The notes: generated by a model not told the origin, from the letters alone. A stretch of DNA of 64,000 nucleotides from Draconibacterium sp. (GCA_041737765.1 JBGSRA010000025.1:95208-159207); one strand, 5' to 3'; positions 29,441 through 39,831 are shown, counted from the stretch's first letter. Made by a program: numbers and translations.

Positions 29441-30121
29441 CTACAATTTCACCATCCTGATATTTCTGATTTCTCCGGTGGTTTGCCAGGTAAACAGTCC
29501 AAATGGTTTTGAGAGTTGAACTTCGGCACGCAAACTTAATCGATGGCCGGCGTAACTAAAGTCAACGAGTTTTTCGTTGTCAATCCAGGCAGTTATTTTT
29601 TCGCCGGTAACCTGCAGTTTTATTTTATACCACACATTTTTATCGAACTTCTTTAAAATTCTGGTCGGGTTATGTTCGGCATCATTGCCATCTATACAAC
29701 TCAAACCCACCACCGGTCCACCCCAACCGCCTACAATTAAGCTGCAAAATTCATCGTTCACCGGAAAAGTTATTCCGCAGAAAAAATCGTTACCCGAAGT
29801 TTTTTGTGCTTCGAGCGTTACTTCGTAATTCATTTTTGGGAACTCCTTTTCCCAGGTTATCCCGGTGCAACCATCGCCGTAATTTAAAACCAGCTTGCCA
29901 TCGGAAACCAAAACCGGCCCCCCGGTTCCATATTCCGTAATTTCCCAACCCTCCATCGTTTTTCCATCGAAAAGGGAATTTTCATCTAATATTTCCGATT
30001 TCTGAACAACAGATTCTGCTTTTGGTTCCTTCTTGTTTTTGTTATCAGAACAGTTTACAAATAAAAATACTGTTAAAAGAAGTGAGGTTATTATGAAATA
30101 TTGGTTTTTATACTTTTTCAT
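29441..30121 (-). CDS. DUF1080 (3-keto-disaccharide hydrolase-like) lipoprotein
   Basis: Lipobox FVNC; SLFDGKTMEGW, GNDFFCG and RNIRM motifs. Confidence 0.82.
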   Translation of the reverse strand: MKKYKNQYFIITSLLLTVFLFVNCSDNKNKKEPKAESVVQKSEILDENSLFDGKTMEGWEITEYGTGGPVLVSDGKLVLNYGDGCTGITWEKEFPKMNYEVTLEAQKTSGNDFFCGITFPVNDEFCSLIVGGWGGPVVGLSCIDGNDAEHNPTRILKKFDKNVWYKIKLQVTGEKITAWIDNEKLVDFSYAGHRLSLRAEVQLSKPFGLFTWQTTGEIRNIRMVKL

Positions 30122-30251
30122 GATATTTAATTTACCAATAAAATTACATAAAAAAGTGGTTAGCTACGTCTGGGAGAAGCGATTTCTAAATTGCTGATTT
30201 TTATTGGTGAATCAGAATTCGATAGCTATAGAATCGCCACACCCAAAATCT

Positions 30252-31568
30252 TTACCCAACAAAATTGTACCCCAACCCGTTTACTGTAGTTTTTACCTTT
30301 TCTAGGTTGATATCGGTACCTGTAATTTTTACTGTACTACTTTTATTATCGGCAATTACACTTGTTATTCCTGCCAAAGCCTCAAGGTTTCTTTTTACTG
30401 TTGCTTCACAATGCGAGCAGGTCATTCCATTAACTTTCACAGTAACACCTTCCACCTTTTCCATTTTATTTTTCTTATTGATGATTGAATAAAAATAACC
30501 TACGGCAATTGAAAATACAAGAAATAACGCAGATCCCAGTTGTAACCAATGAGGGAACATTTCGTGTTCTTCACCGTTTCCATGAATGTGAACCATTTTA
30601 CTCAGAATAAAATCTGCCGGAATCAGCCAGTTGGTCAGCAATCCAAAAACAATGGCTCCTCCTATAATTGTTGAGAGATAAATGATTAACGATTTCCGAC
30701 CCATCGTTTTTCCTAAAACAGCAATAGTGGCAACATTGGTTGCCGGACCCGCCATTAAAAATACCAGCGCTGCACCGGGTGAAACACCTTTCATGAGTAG
30801 CACTGCGGCAATTGGAATGGAGCCCGTGGCACAAATATAAATGGGTACCGATGCTGCAAGAACCACCAAAATTTCAAGTAATCCAAGTCCTTTAAACGAA
30901 CTGAAGAAATCGTCTGGTAATACCACAGAAATCAAGGCCGCAATTAAAAAGCCCAGAATCAGCCATTTTGAAATATCCTGTAATAGTTCGACAAAAGCAT
31001 AGTCAGCAGCCTTCACCAAAGAATGGCGCTTGTCCTCTGTTTTCGGCTCATGGCAACCACAGGAATCGTCGTTGCAGGTTGCATCTGTTTTTCCCAAAGT
31101 TGCCGTATCAATTTTAAAATTGGCATATAGGGAGGCTTTTTTTACCGGTTTTTCCTTTATAAAAATGTTGGTGAGAATACCACCCACAACACCTGTAAAA
31201 AATGCAACAAACGGACGAAGGATGGCAAATGGCCAGCCCAACATAGAGTATGTTGCAAAAATTGAATCGACCCCGGTTTGCGGGGTTGAAATTAAAAAAG
31301 AGTTGGTGGCACCTTTTGAAGCGCCGTTTTTATAAAACGAAATTCCGGTTGGAATAACACCGCACGAACAGAGTGGCATTGGAACTCCGAGCAATGAAGC
31401 ATTAAACGACGACTTGAAATTGGATTTCCCCAGATATTTATCGATGTGTTTTTGTGGAAAATAGACTTTCAGCAATCCTGCGAAAACCAATCCAAACAAT
31501 AACCATGGCGCCATTTCCTGCAATAAAAACCAAACTTCTTCAAAATATTCAGCGATATATAAAAACAT
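30252..31568 (-). CDS. SO_0444-like (ArsP/DUF318) permease with C-terminal HMA domain
   Basis: PLCSCGVIP, STPQTGVDS and YICATGSIP motifs; HMA GMTCSHC. Confidence 0.88.
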   Translation of the reverse strand: MFLYIAEYFEEVWFLLQEMAPWLLFGLVFAGLLKVYFPQKHIDKYLGKSNFKSSFNASLLGVPMPLCSCGVIPTGISFYKNGASKGATNSFLISTPQTGVDSIFATYSMLGWPFAILRPFVAFFTGVVGGILTNIFIKEKPVKKASLYANFKIDTATLGKTDATCNDDSCGCHEPKTEDKRHSLVKAADYAFVELLQDISKWLILGFLIAALISVVLPDDFFSSFKGLGLLEILVVLAASVPIYICATGSIPIAAVLLMKGVSPGAALVFLMAGPATNVATIAVLGKTMGRKSLIIYLSTIIGGAIVFGLLTNWLIPADFILSKMVHIHGNGEEHEMFPHWLQLGSALFLVFSIAVGYFYSIINKKNKMEKVEGVTVKVNGMTCSHCEATVKRNLEALAGITSVIADNKSSTVKITGTDINLEKVKTTVNGLGYNFVG

Positions 31569-31839
31569 AATTGTCTTTTTTATATTAACAAAACAGAACC
31601 AACCTTGTTTTAAAAGCGCGAATTTATGGATAAATTCAGGTGATGGAATTTATTACCAAAATTAAAAACGGCGATTATCCAAGTTTTTGATTAGTCAGGT
31701 CTAGTTATGTGTAGCAAATAATAAGGTAAAAATCAAACTTACAACTTTTTCCACTAAGGTTAATGTATTGAAAATAAGGTTTTCTGCTTTCAAATAAACC
31801 TTTTATTGTATTAAACTTACTACATAATTAAAGCAAAAA

Positions 31840-31989
31840 GCGACAGCGTCGCGATAATATTTATAGAACAAAAGCAATTGATTTAATCAAAGGTTCAGCG
31901 CACCGAAATTTCCATTATATTTCGGTGCACTGCACCTTCATAGTATTATTCAAAATCTCAATCTACAAATATTTGGGTGCGCTGCACCT
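31840..31989. repeat. Composite REP/REPIN-like palindromic element
   Basis: Inverted pair aggttcagcgcaccgaaat / atttcggtgcactgcacct, a third copy ggtgcgctgcacct, and a flanking hairpin gcgacagcgtcgc. Confidence 0.7.
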
Positions 31990-32130
31990 AATTCAAAAAC
32001 ATTATTCCCTATGAGGTTCGTTTCAAAATCGAGGGGACTTAGTAAAAAAGCAAACAGGGGAAAAGTTACCTTAATACCCTATTAATATGGAAAATATGAG
32101 GGTTGCAGCACCCGAAAAAGAAAATTTCAA

Positions 32131-33531
32131 TTACTCCATTTTATCCACATAAAGCTGGGTAGCTTCTACTTTGGTGACAACTATTTTTACGTTTTTATCG
32201 ATAAAACCACTGTTGGCCACAGCATCAAAAACTTCGTCTTCGATAAAAACTTTTCCACCCGGTCGCAACACTGTTTTTGAAACACCTGATTTGCCTTTCA
32301 ATGCAAACATGCCGGTTTCAACACATACAAAACCGTCGCTTACTTTTTGCACCGATTTTAACGACATATTTCTGAACATACCGGTTTTTGATGTGAATAA
32401 TTTATTGCCCAAATACAACGACAGTATAAATCCTCCAAAAACGCCAATAATCACTGTTGAAACAGCAACTCCAACGGTTGCAATTTCAACTCCTTCGAAA
32501 TCGAAATTGACGTTATTGATAAGACTTAAAACCAAACTGACAAACATTAATACGATACCGGAAATTCCCGCAACTCCAAACCCGGGAATCACAAATATTT
32601 CGACCACTACCAAAATTACCCCGACAACAAATATCAGAATTTCCCAGTGGGCTGCAAGTCCTTCGAGATACAGCGGTGCAAAATAGGCAACAGCAGCCAA
32701 AACTGCCACTCCCAGTGGAAATCCGATTCCCGGTGATTGCATTTCAAAATAAATACCCCCGATAATTGCCATTATCAGCAAACCTGAAATCATTGGGTGA
32801 ACTAAAAACCCTATAATCCGTTCAATCCAGGTGGGTTCGTATTCTACAATCTTGTATTCTTCGATGCCAATATTTTTCAATACTTCGGGAACATTTTCAG
32901 CAGTTCCTTCGCAATATCCGTTTTCGATGGCTTCGGTTGGTGTAAAAGTTAATACTTTTCCAGTATCAATTGTTCCTTCGATAAAAACCGATGGATCGAC
33001 CATGGCTTCGGCAATTCGCGGGTCGCGGCGCCATTTGTAAATCGTATCGTTACCAGTAATAATTGTGTCTTTCCCATGCGCTTCGGCAGTAGCCCGCATG
33101 GTCGAACGCATGTAACTCTGGTACTTGTCGGGCATGGCCTGACCAGTTTGATTTACCACTGTAGCCGCGCCAATACTTCCACCCGACCGCATGTAAATAC
33201 TGTCGCATGCAATTGAAATCAGCGCTCCGGCAGATGCCGCATTATTATCGATAAAAACATAAACCGGTATAGGGCTTTGAAGAATTTTTGTGCGGATTGA
33301 ATCAGCATCCAGAACTGTTCCTCCGTAAGTATTCATGTGGATGAGAAAAACATCGGCACCCAACGAATCTGCCTCTTCAAAAGCCTGCTGCGTCTGACGC
33401 CAGGTTGCTTTTGTTATATCCTGTTTGATGTTGAGTTTATAAACCAGTATCTCTTTTGTTTCCTGAGCAATTACTGCAACAGAAGCAAAAAATATAACCA
33501 AAAGCAAGTTGTATTTCAGTATATTCTTCAT
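32131..33531 (-). CDS. NfeD family membrane-bound serine protease (long form)
   Basis: NTYGG, AASAGALI and IGAATVV motifs, TM region and C-terminal OB fold (LRPGGKV). Confidence 0.88.
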   Translation of the reverse strand: MKNILKYNLLLVIFFASVAVIAQETKEILVYKLNIKQDITKATWRQTQQAFEEADSLGADVFLIHMNTYGGTVLDADSIRTKILQSPIPVYVFIDNNAASAGALISIACDSIYMRSGGSIGAATVVNQTGQAMPDKYQSYMRSTMRATAEAHGKDTIITGNDTIYKWRRDPRIAEAMVDPSVFIEGTIDTGKVLTFTPTEAIENGYCEGTAENVPEVLKNIGIEEYKIVEYEPTWIERIIGFLVHPMISGLLIMAIIGGIYFEMQSPGIGFPLGVAVLAAVAYFAPLYLEGLAAHWEILIFVVGVILVVVEIFVIPGFGVAGISGIVLMFVSLVLSLINNVNFDFEGVEIATVGVAVSTVIIGVFGGFILSLYLGNKLFTSKTGMFRNMSLKSVQKVSDGFVCVETGMFALKGKSGVSKTVLRPGGKVFIEDEVFDAVANSGFIDKNVKIVVTKVEATQLYVDKME

Positions 33532-34298
33532 TGTAATTCAACTAATTCGAGTTTTTGGGCCAGTTCCAGAAATTTTTTCATTCCCGCCCGTTTTTCGTTA
33601 TTCAGTTCAAAGCTAATATTTTGGGCGAAATATCCGGCAATATCCACGTTTGAATAGTTGGGTTGTTCCATCCGTACAATTTCCTCCATATTCTCAATTC
33701 CAAAAGCGAGTGCACTGTTAAATACTTTTTCAAAGGTTTCCGAAACCTTTTTGTTAGCCGCCCAAACAGCAAAAACAAAAGGCAGTTTTGTAAAATTGTA
33801 CCACTCTTCGCTTAAATCGTAAATGTATCTGAATTTGTTTTCAATGTCGAAAACCCTATCGCCAATCACAATTCCAGCCTTTTTTCCTTTAATCGAAACG
33901 TTTTGAAAATCGTTACAGGTATTTTCCCAGATAAACGATTTTTTCCAGTAGAATTTTGCCAGCACTTTGGCGAGTAATACCGAACTGCGCGACTGATAAT
34001 CCATCAAAATGGTTTCAACCTGTTGAAGCGGAACATCTGAAGCCAGTACAACTGTTTTTACCTTTCCAACCGAACCGATACAATAGTCACCAATAACGTG
34101 GTATTCATCCAAATCGATGAGTCCTGCAACCGGGATTAATCCAACGTCGGCAAGATTGAAAGACAGTTTTGCTGCTACTTTCGAAGGTATATCGAGGCTC
34201 AAATCTATTTCTTTGGCCACTGCCGAATTTTGTAATCCATATAAAAATGGTTTACTATTTAAATACGAAACTATCGAAACACGTGTTTTCCTCATCAC
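33528..34298 (-). CDS. mqnA: Chorismate dehydratase (futalosine menaquinone pathway)
   Basis: VSYLNSKP, SRSSV, VIGDR and DLSEEW...LPFVFAVW motifs. Confidence 0.8.
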   Translation of the reverse strand: MMRKTRVSIVSYLNSKPFLYGLQNSAVAKEIDLSLDIPSKVAAKLSFNLADVGLIPVAGLIDLDEYHVIGDYCIGSVGKVKTVVLASDVPLQQVETILMDYQSRSSVLLAKVLAKFYWKKSFIWENTCNDFQNVSIKGKKAGIVIGDRVFDIENKFRYIYDLSEEWYNFTKLPFVFAVWAANKKVSETFEKVFNSALAFGIENMEEIVRMEQPNYSNVDIAGYFAQNISFELNNEKRAGMKKFLELAQKLELVELQ

Positions 34299-34466
34299 TT
34301 TTATCTTTCCCGATTATTAAACATTACTGACTTACAAAGGTTGCTACGAAGTTATAAATTATTAAAATCAAGAAGTTTGAATAATATCATTCTTTCGGAA
34401 AAACCAAATCAACCGATTTTACTAAATTTTCCGTTATTTTTGTAATTTTGAATTAAAATTGAGAAT

Positions 34467-34727
34467 ATGAATACACAAACAATTTCAATCGATTTTCCTT
34501 CTGACATCCTACTTGCCCTGAATGAAACAGAAGCCGAATTAAAACAAAGAATCAAAACTTCGTTAGCGATGAGATTGTATAAATTGCAAAAACTTACCAT
34601 AGGAAAAGCCGCTCAGTTATCCGGATTAAACAGATTTGAATTTGAAACGTTGCTCTCCGAATATGAAATACCAATTTCGAATCTTACAATTAGTGATGTT
34701 TTAGATGATTGTAAAAAGCTAAAATAG
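34467..34727 (+). CDS. UPF0175 family putative antitoxin
   Basis: LTIGKAAQLSGLNRFEF motif; paired with DUF3368. Confidence 0.82.
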   Translation: MNTQTISIDFPSDILLALNETEAELKQRIKTSLAMRLYKLQKLTIGKAAQLSGLNRFEFETLLSEYEIPISNLTISDVLDDCKKLK

Positions 34728-34728
34728 A

Positions 34729-35229
34729 GTGAAAAATGGACTTGTAATTGCAGATTCGGGGCCAATTTTCTCATTGGCAATTATTGATAAACTTGAAATC
34801 CTAAATGATTTATTCGATAATATAAGGATTCCAATTGCAGTTTGGACTGAAATAACAATTGATGAATCAAAATCGGATTACCAAAAATTATATGAATTTT
34901 TCAAAGATAAAACTTGCCAAATATCAGGACTTAATGAATTGGCTTTCATAATGGATTTCGGAGAATCTGAATCTTTAATTTTATATAAAGAATTAGATGC
35001 TGATTTTCTGCTTATAGATGATAAAAAAGCAAGAAAAATAGCAGAAACTTTAAATGTGAACTGCATTGGTATAATCGGGTTACTCTCGACTGCAAAAGAT
35101 AAAGGGTATGTGGAAAAGTTAAAACCCTGTTTTGAAATGTTCTTAAAAAATAAGCGGTACTATTCAATTGAATTGCTAAATGCAGTGTTGACAGCAAAAG
35201 GAGAAGAAATAATCAATTACAAGAAGTAA
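34729..35229 (+). CDS. DUF3368 PIN-domain protein (putative toxin)
   Basis: IADSGP, DFGESE, LLIDDKKAR and GIIGLL motifs. Confidence 0.82.
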   Translation: MKNGLVIADSGPIFSLAIIDKLEILNDLFDNIRIPIAVWTEITIDESKSDYQKLYEFFKDKTCQISGLNELAFIMDFGESESLILYKELDADFLLIDDKKARKIAETLNVNCIGIIGLLSTAKDKGYVEKLKPCFEMFLKNKRYYSIELLNAVLTAKGEEIINYKK

Positions 35230-35308
35230 CATTGGTAGAAGGAATAACGGCAAAAAAATCAGAAAAATTCCGGTTATTTTACCTTTATAATTAAAAATAG
35301 AACAGACT

Positions 35309-36655
35309 ATGGAAATCAGTGCTCTTAAAGCCATTTCGCCGGTTGACGGAAGATACAGTAATAAAGTGGAAAACCTTTGGAAATATTTCAGTGAATTCGC
35401 TTTAATAAAATACAGGGTTTTTGTTGAAATTGAATATTTTATTGCACTTTGCGAAATTCCTCTGCCACAATTAAGCGATATTTCAAAAGAAAAAACAGCC
35501 AGGCTGCGAGAGATTCACCAGAACTTTTCGCTGTCGGACGCCAAACGTATCAAGGAAATTGAGAGTATTACCAACCACGATGTAAAGGCCGTTGAGTATT
35601 TTATAAAAGAAGAATTCGACAAACTTGAACTGGGGAAATACAAGGAGTTTATTCATTTTGCACTCACTTCGCAGGATGCCAACAACACGGCTGTTCCAAT
35701 GACCATTCAGGATGCACTTGAATTTGAGTATTATCCGTTAGTAAATGAGTTGACAGGAAAACTGGAAGAGTTGGCCGCTGAGTGGAAAAACATACCAATG
35801 CTTGCCAAAACCCATGGTCAACCGGCATCACCTACAAAAGTGGGGAAAGAAATCAATGTTTTTATTGAACGAATCAAAGTTCAGCTCGAACAATTGCGCT
35901 CCATTCCATGTCAGGCTAAATTTGGCGGCGCTACCGGAAATTTCAACGCCCATTTTGTTGCTTATCCAAATATCGACTGGGAAGGGTTTGCAGATAAATT
36001 CTGTAAAGAAAAACTGGGACTTGAACGCTCGAAATACACCACACAAATAGCGCATTACGATAATTACAGTGCCATTTTCGATGCTCTAAAACGGATCAAC
36101 AACATCATTCTCGATCTCGATCGCGATTTCTGGATGTACATTTCGATGGGCTACTTCAAGCAAAAAATTAAAAAAGGTGAAGTTGGTTCGTCAACCATGC
36201 CGCACAAAGTAAACCCCATCGATTTCGAGAACTCTGAAGGAAATATCGGGATTGCCAACGCCGGATTTGAACAACTTTCAGCAAAACTTCCGGTTTCGAG
36301 ATTGCAACGCGATTTAACAGATTCAACCGTAACCCGCTTTATTGGAGTTCCTTTTGGCCATACAATTATTGCGATTAAATCAACTTTAAAAGGATTAAAT
36401 AAACTTTTACTGAACGAACCGGTAATTTCAAAAGATTTGGAAGATAACTGGGCTGTGGTAGCCGAAGCCATTCAAACCATTTTGCGCAGGGAGTTTTTCC
36501 CAAATCCTTATGAAGCGCTAAAAGACTTAACCCGAAACAATGAGGTTATGGACAAAAAATCGATTCACAATTTTATTGATAGACTTGACGTTAGTGAAAT
36601 TATAAAAGCAGAACTTAAACAAATTACACCACAAAATTACACAGGCATTTTTTAA
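35309..36655 (+). CDS. purB: Adenylosuccinate lyase
   Basis: SPVDGRY, TNHDVKAVEY and GSSTMPHKVNPIDFEN motifs. Confidence 0.97.
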   Translation: MEISALKAISPVDGRYSNKVENLWKYFSEFALIKYRVFVEIEYFIALCEIPLPQLSDISKEKTARLREIHQNFSLSDAKRIKEIESITNHDVKAVEYFIKEEFDKLELGKYKEFIHFALTSQDANNTAVPMTIQDALEFEYYPLVNELTGKLEELAAEWKNIPMLAKTHGQPASPTKVGKEINVFIERIKVQLEQLRSIPCQAKFGGATGNFNAHFVAYPNIDWEGFADKFCKEKLGLERSKYTTQIAHYDNYSAIFDALKRINNIILDLDRDFWMYISMGYFKQKIKKGEVGSSTMPHKVNPIDFENSEGNIGIANAGFEQLSAKLPVSRLQRDLTDSTVTRFIGVPFGHTIIAIKSTLKGLNKLLLNEPVISKDLEDNWAVVAEAIQTILRREFFPNPYEALKDLTRNNEVMDKKSIHNFIDRLDVSEIIKAELKQITPQNYTGIF

Positions 36656-36706
36656 TAACTGATTAATTAAGATTTGTCTGTAAATAATTACTGATTACTA
36701 AATTCC

Positions 36707-38527
36707 ATGAAGGATTTTTTCAAAGTTTTAAAAAGGTTCGTTCCACCATATAAAAAACAGTTAATATTAAATTTTCTGTTTAACCTGCTTTCAGCGCTGT
36801 TTACTGTATTTTCCATGGCGCTGATGGCCCCGATTCTGGAAATCCTTTTTGGTGTGTCGGAAGAAGTCAGGAATCTTCTGCCCTGGGAAATGAATCTGGA
36901 AAACATCAAGCACAACCTCTATTATTATGTCACAATTTTTAAGGATGCCAACGGAGCCGGATTAACCCTACTTCTGGTTGGATTTTTTATCATCATTGCC
37001 ACTACCTTAAAGGTAGGATTTGCATATCTCGGTGCTTTTGAAGCAGTTTATATCCGAAACGGTGTGGTTAAAGATATGCGCGAACAGATTTATGCCAAAA
37101 TCCTGAAACTGGCACTAACTTTCTTTTCAGAAGAAAGAAAAGGCGACATTATTTCGCGGATTACTGGCGATGTAACGGAGGTGGAAAACTCTATTATGTC
37201 GTCTCTCGACATGTTTTTGAAAAATCCAATTATCATCATTGTTTTACTGACTTCGATGCTCATTATGAGCCCAAGTCTGACCCTGTTTATCCTGTTGGTT
37301 TTGCCATTTACAGGTTTTATCATTGGTCGAATTGGAAAATCGCTGAAAAAAGTTTCAGGTCAGGCACAAGATAAAATGGGTATGATTTTAACAGTGGTGG
37401 AAGAAACACTGGGAGGTCTTCGAATTATTAAAGCTTTCAATGCAGAAAAGAAAATGGATGCCCGGTTTAATTCTGAATTGCACGACTACCGTCACATTAT
37501 GAACAGGTTAATGCGAAGAAGAGAACTTGCTCATCCACTAAGCGAACTTTTTGGTACCATTATCATTATCATGGTTGTTTGGTATGGAGGGAAACTGATA
37601 TTAAATCAGAACAGTGAACTGTCGGGGCCGGAGTTTATTATTTTTCTTGGCATTTTCTATCAAATAATAAATCCTGCAAAAGCCTTTACCCAGGCGTTGT
37701 ACAGCATACAAAAAGGGTTGGCATCAATGGACAGGATTGATAAGATTTTAATGGCCGATATAACCATCCCGCTATCGACTGACGCTGAACCAATCAACGA
37801 CTTGAAAGATTGTATAGAATACAAAAATGTAACCTTTGCCTATGACGAAAAAGAGGTACTGAAAAATGTTTCGCTCAAAATTGAAAAAGGAAAAACCATT
37901 GCTTTGGTAGGCCAGTCGGGAAGCGGAAAAACCACTTTTGTTGACCTGCTGCCCCGTTTTTATGACGTAATTGGCGGCCAGATTCTAATTGACGGAACCG
38001 ATATTCGCGAACTCAAACTTCACGATTTGAGAGATTTAATGGGAAATGTTAACCAGGAAGCTATTTTGTTTAACGACACCATTTACAACAACATCGCTTT
38101 TGGTGTTGAAAAAACTTCAATGGCCGAGGTAATTGCAGCTGCCAAAGTTGCCAATGCCCACGATTTTATCATCGAAACTGAAAATGGTTACGATACGATT
38201 ATTGGTGACAGGGGAAGTAAACTTTCAGGTGGCCAGCGCCAAAGATTGAGTATTGCCCGGGCAATCCTGAAAAACCCACCGGTACTGATTCTGGACGAAG
38301 CAACCTCTGCCCTTGACACCGAATCGGAACGTCTGGTTCAGGATGCCCTTGAAAATCTGATGAAAAACCGCACATCACTGGTTATAGCGCATCGTTTGTC
38401 AACAGTCAGAAATGCTGATTTGATTTGTGTTTTTCACGATGGCAAAATTGTTGAACGGGGTACCCACGACGAATTAATGGAGTTGAAAGGCAGATACACC
38501 AATCTGCACAAAATGCAGGTGTTTTAG
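36707..38527 (+). CDS. MsbA-like ABC transporter (TMD+NBD)
   Basis: GQSGSGKT, LSGGQRQR, LDEATSALD and IAHRL motifs; N-terminal TM helices. Confidence 0.92.
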   Translation: MKDFFKVLKRFVPPYKKQLILNFLFNLLSALFTVFSMALMAPILEILFGVSEEVRNLLPWEMNLENIKHNLYYYVTIFKDANGAGLTLLLVGFFIIIATTLKVGFAYLGAFEAVYIRNGVVKDMREQIYAKILKLALTFFSEERKGDIISRITGDVTEVENSIMSSLDMFLKNPIIIIVLLTSMLIMSPSLTLFILLVLPFTGFIIGRIGKSLKKVSGQAQDKMGMILTVVEETLGGLRIIKAFNAEKKMDARFNSELHDYRHIMNRLMRRRELAHPLSELFGTIIIIMVVWYGGKLILNQNSELSGPEFIIFLGIFYQIINPAKAFTQALYSIQKGLASMDRIDKILMADITIPLSTDAEPINDLKDCIEYKNVTFAYDEKEVLKNVSLKIEKGKTIALVGQSGSGKTTFVDLLPRFYDVIGGQILIDGTDIRELKLHDLRDLMGNVNQEAILFNDTIYNNIAFGVEKTSMAEVIAAAKVANAHDFIIETENGYDTIIGDRGSKLSGGQRQRLSIARAILKNPPVLILDEATSALDTESERLVQDALENLMKNRTSLVIAHRLSTVRNADLICVFHDGKIVERGTHDELMELKGRYTNLHKMQVF

Positions 38528-38571
38528 TTTAAAGTTTCGCGTTTAAAGTTCAAAGTGTAGAATATTTTTTT

Positions 38572-38598
38572 GTAGATACGCACAGCCGTGCGTCTTTA
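38572..38598. repeat. GTAG-type REP-like palindrome
   Basis: gtag-atacgcac-agcc-gtgcgtct. Confidence 0.6.
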
Positions 38599-38629
38599 TA
38601 TTACAGAAAATTCATGGTTTTTTGTTTTG

Positions 38630-38749
38630 GAATCCGGAGGATTCAAATGTTTATAGAATTCCAATTCTGTTTTTAGGTACGACTCCGGCCGGAGTCGAAT
38701 TTTGTACTACATGTCTGATTTCTATAAACATGAGACCGCTTTGAGGTCT
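38630..38749. repeat. Composite REP/REPIN-like element
   Basis: Hairpin gaatccggaggattc, ATGTTTATAGAA, central palindrome cgactccggccggagtcg, TTCTATAAACAT, then hairpin agacc..ggtct. Confidence 0.7.
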
Positions 38750-38831
38750 GTGTTTTCAACAAATCTTCACACAATTTCATTACTGCATTCTATTATTCAC
38801 GAATTTTAACATTCTCGCATTCTCGCATTTA

Positions 38832-39557
38832 TTACTTCAGTCCACCTGCAAGTACATCAGCCAGATGAATGGTTTTTATGGGAAGTTTTTGTTTTTTAAT
38901 GTACGCTTCAATGTTCATTAAACACGAGGCTTCGGTTGAAACAATATATTCGGCACCAGTTTTTATTGCATGTTCAACTTTTTGTTCGGTCATAGCTGTG
39001 GAAATGGAATGAAATTTTGCTGAAAAAGTTCCCCCAAAACCACAACAGGTTTCAAGTTTATCCATTTCCAATAGTTCCAATCCCTGCACATTTTCAAGTA
39101 AAATGCGCGGTTCTTTTTTAATTCCATACTCCCTTAAACCGGCACACGAATCATGAAAAGTAACCTTGTGGTTAAAAACAGCTCCAAAATCAACCTTTTG
39201 AATATGATTCACCAGAAAATCGGAAAACTCATAAATCCGTGGTGATATTTCATTCGCTTTTGCCAGAAATTCCGGATCTTCTGCAAAAACCTTTTTATAG
39301 TAATTTTTAATAAAACCGGTACATGATGCCCATGGTGCAACAATAATTTCGGATTTTTCAAAATCATTCAGAAATTTAACAGCAAGCGTCTTGGTTTCTT
39401 TCCAGTAACCACTGTTAAAAGAGGGTTGTCCGCAACAAGTTTGTTCAGGGTTATAATTCACGTTACATCCGGCTTTCTCTAAAACCTTAATAAAATTAAA
39501 AGCAGTTTCGGGATAAAACTGATCGATAAAACAAGGGATAAAAACATCAACATTCAT
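38832..39557 (-). CDS. LutA/YkgE-like CCG-domain Fe-S protein
   Basis: FIPCFID, QTCCGQP, FHDSC, TCCGFGGTFS and SCLMNI motifs. Confidence 0.88.
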   Translation of the reverse strand: MNVDVFIPCFIDQFYPETAFNFIKVLEKAGCNVNYNPEQTCCGQPSFNSGYWKETKTLAVKFLNDFEKSEIIVAPWASCTGFIKNYYKKVFAEDPEFLAKANEISPRIYEFSDFLVNHIQKVDFGAVFNHKVTFHDSCAGLREYGIKKEPRILLENVQGLELLEMDKLETCCGFGGTFSAKFHSISTAMTEQKVEHAIKTGAEYIVSTEASCLMNIEAYIKKQKLPIKTIHLADVLAGGLK

Positions 39558-39601
39558 TATATAAGATTTTGGGCTGAAAATAGAAAAATGAAACGGGTAT
39601 A

Positions 39602-39632
39602 AAAAAGAAAAAGCAGTATTTCAATTGCTTTT
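39602..39632 (-). terminator. Intrinsic terminator, possibly the original tRNA-Trp terminator
   Basis: Minus strand aaaagcaattgaaatactgctttt followed by a T-rich run, just downstream of the decayed tRNA fragment. Confidence 0.5.
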
Positions 39633-39646
39633 ATGATTGTATAGTT

Positions 39647-39684
39647 AGACTCGAACTCACGATATCTAGTTTTGGTGATAAATG
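39647..39684 (-). repeat. Decayed duplicate of tRNA-Trp 3' half (att-like direct repeat)
   Basis: agactcgaactcacgatatctagttttggtgataaatg vs 49564..49601 agactcgaactcccgacacctggttttggagaccagtg: 30/38 identical, ungapped, first 12 nt perfect. Confidence 0.75.
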
Positions 39685-39831
39685 ACAGTGTCAAAAGCAG
39701 CGTTGTAAATAATTAAAAAATGTTAAAAAAAATTCAAAATACCTTGATAAAAGACTTTTTTGTCGTTAATTGAATGGAATAAGAGATAAGTTTTGTAATA
39801 AAAAAGGTTTTGTAATTAATAATACTGTTTT

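Noticed and set aside
38832-39557. lutA without lutB/lutC as a novelty
   Set aside because: The partners may lie elsewhere in the genome; this cannot be judged from the window.
39647-39684. Functional second tRNA-Trp
   Set aside because: No D-arm or acceptor stem, and the stems are disrupted; it is a fragment only.
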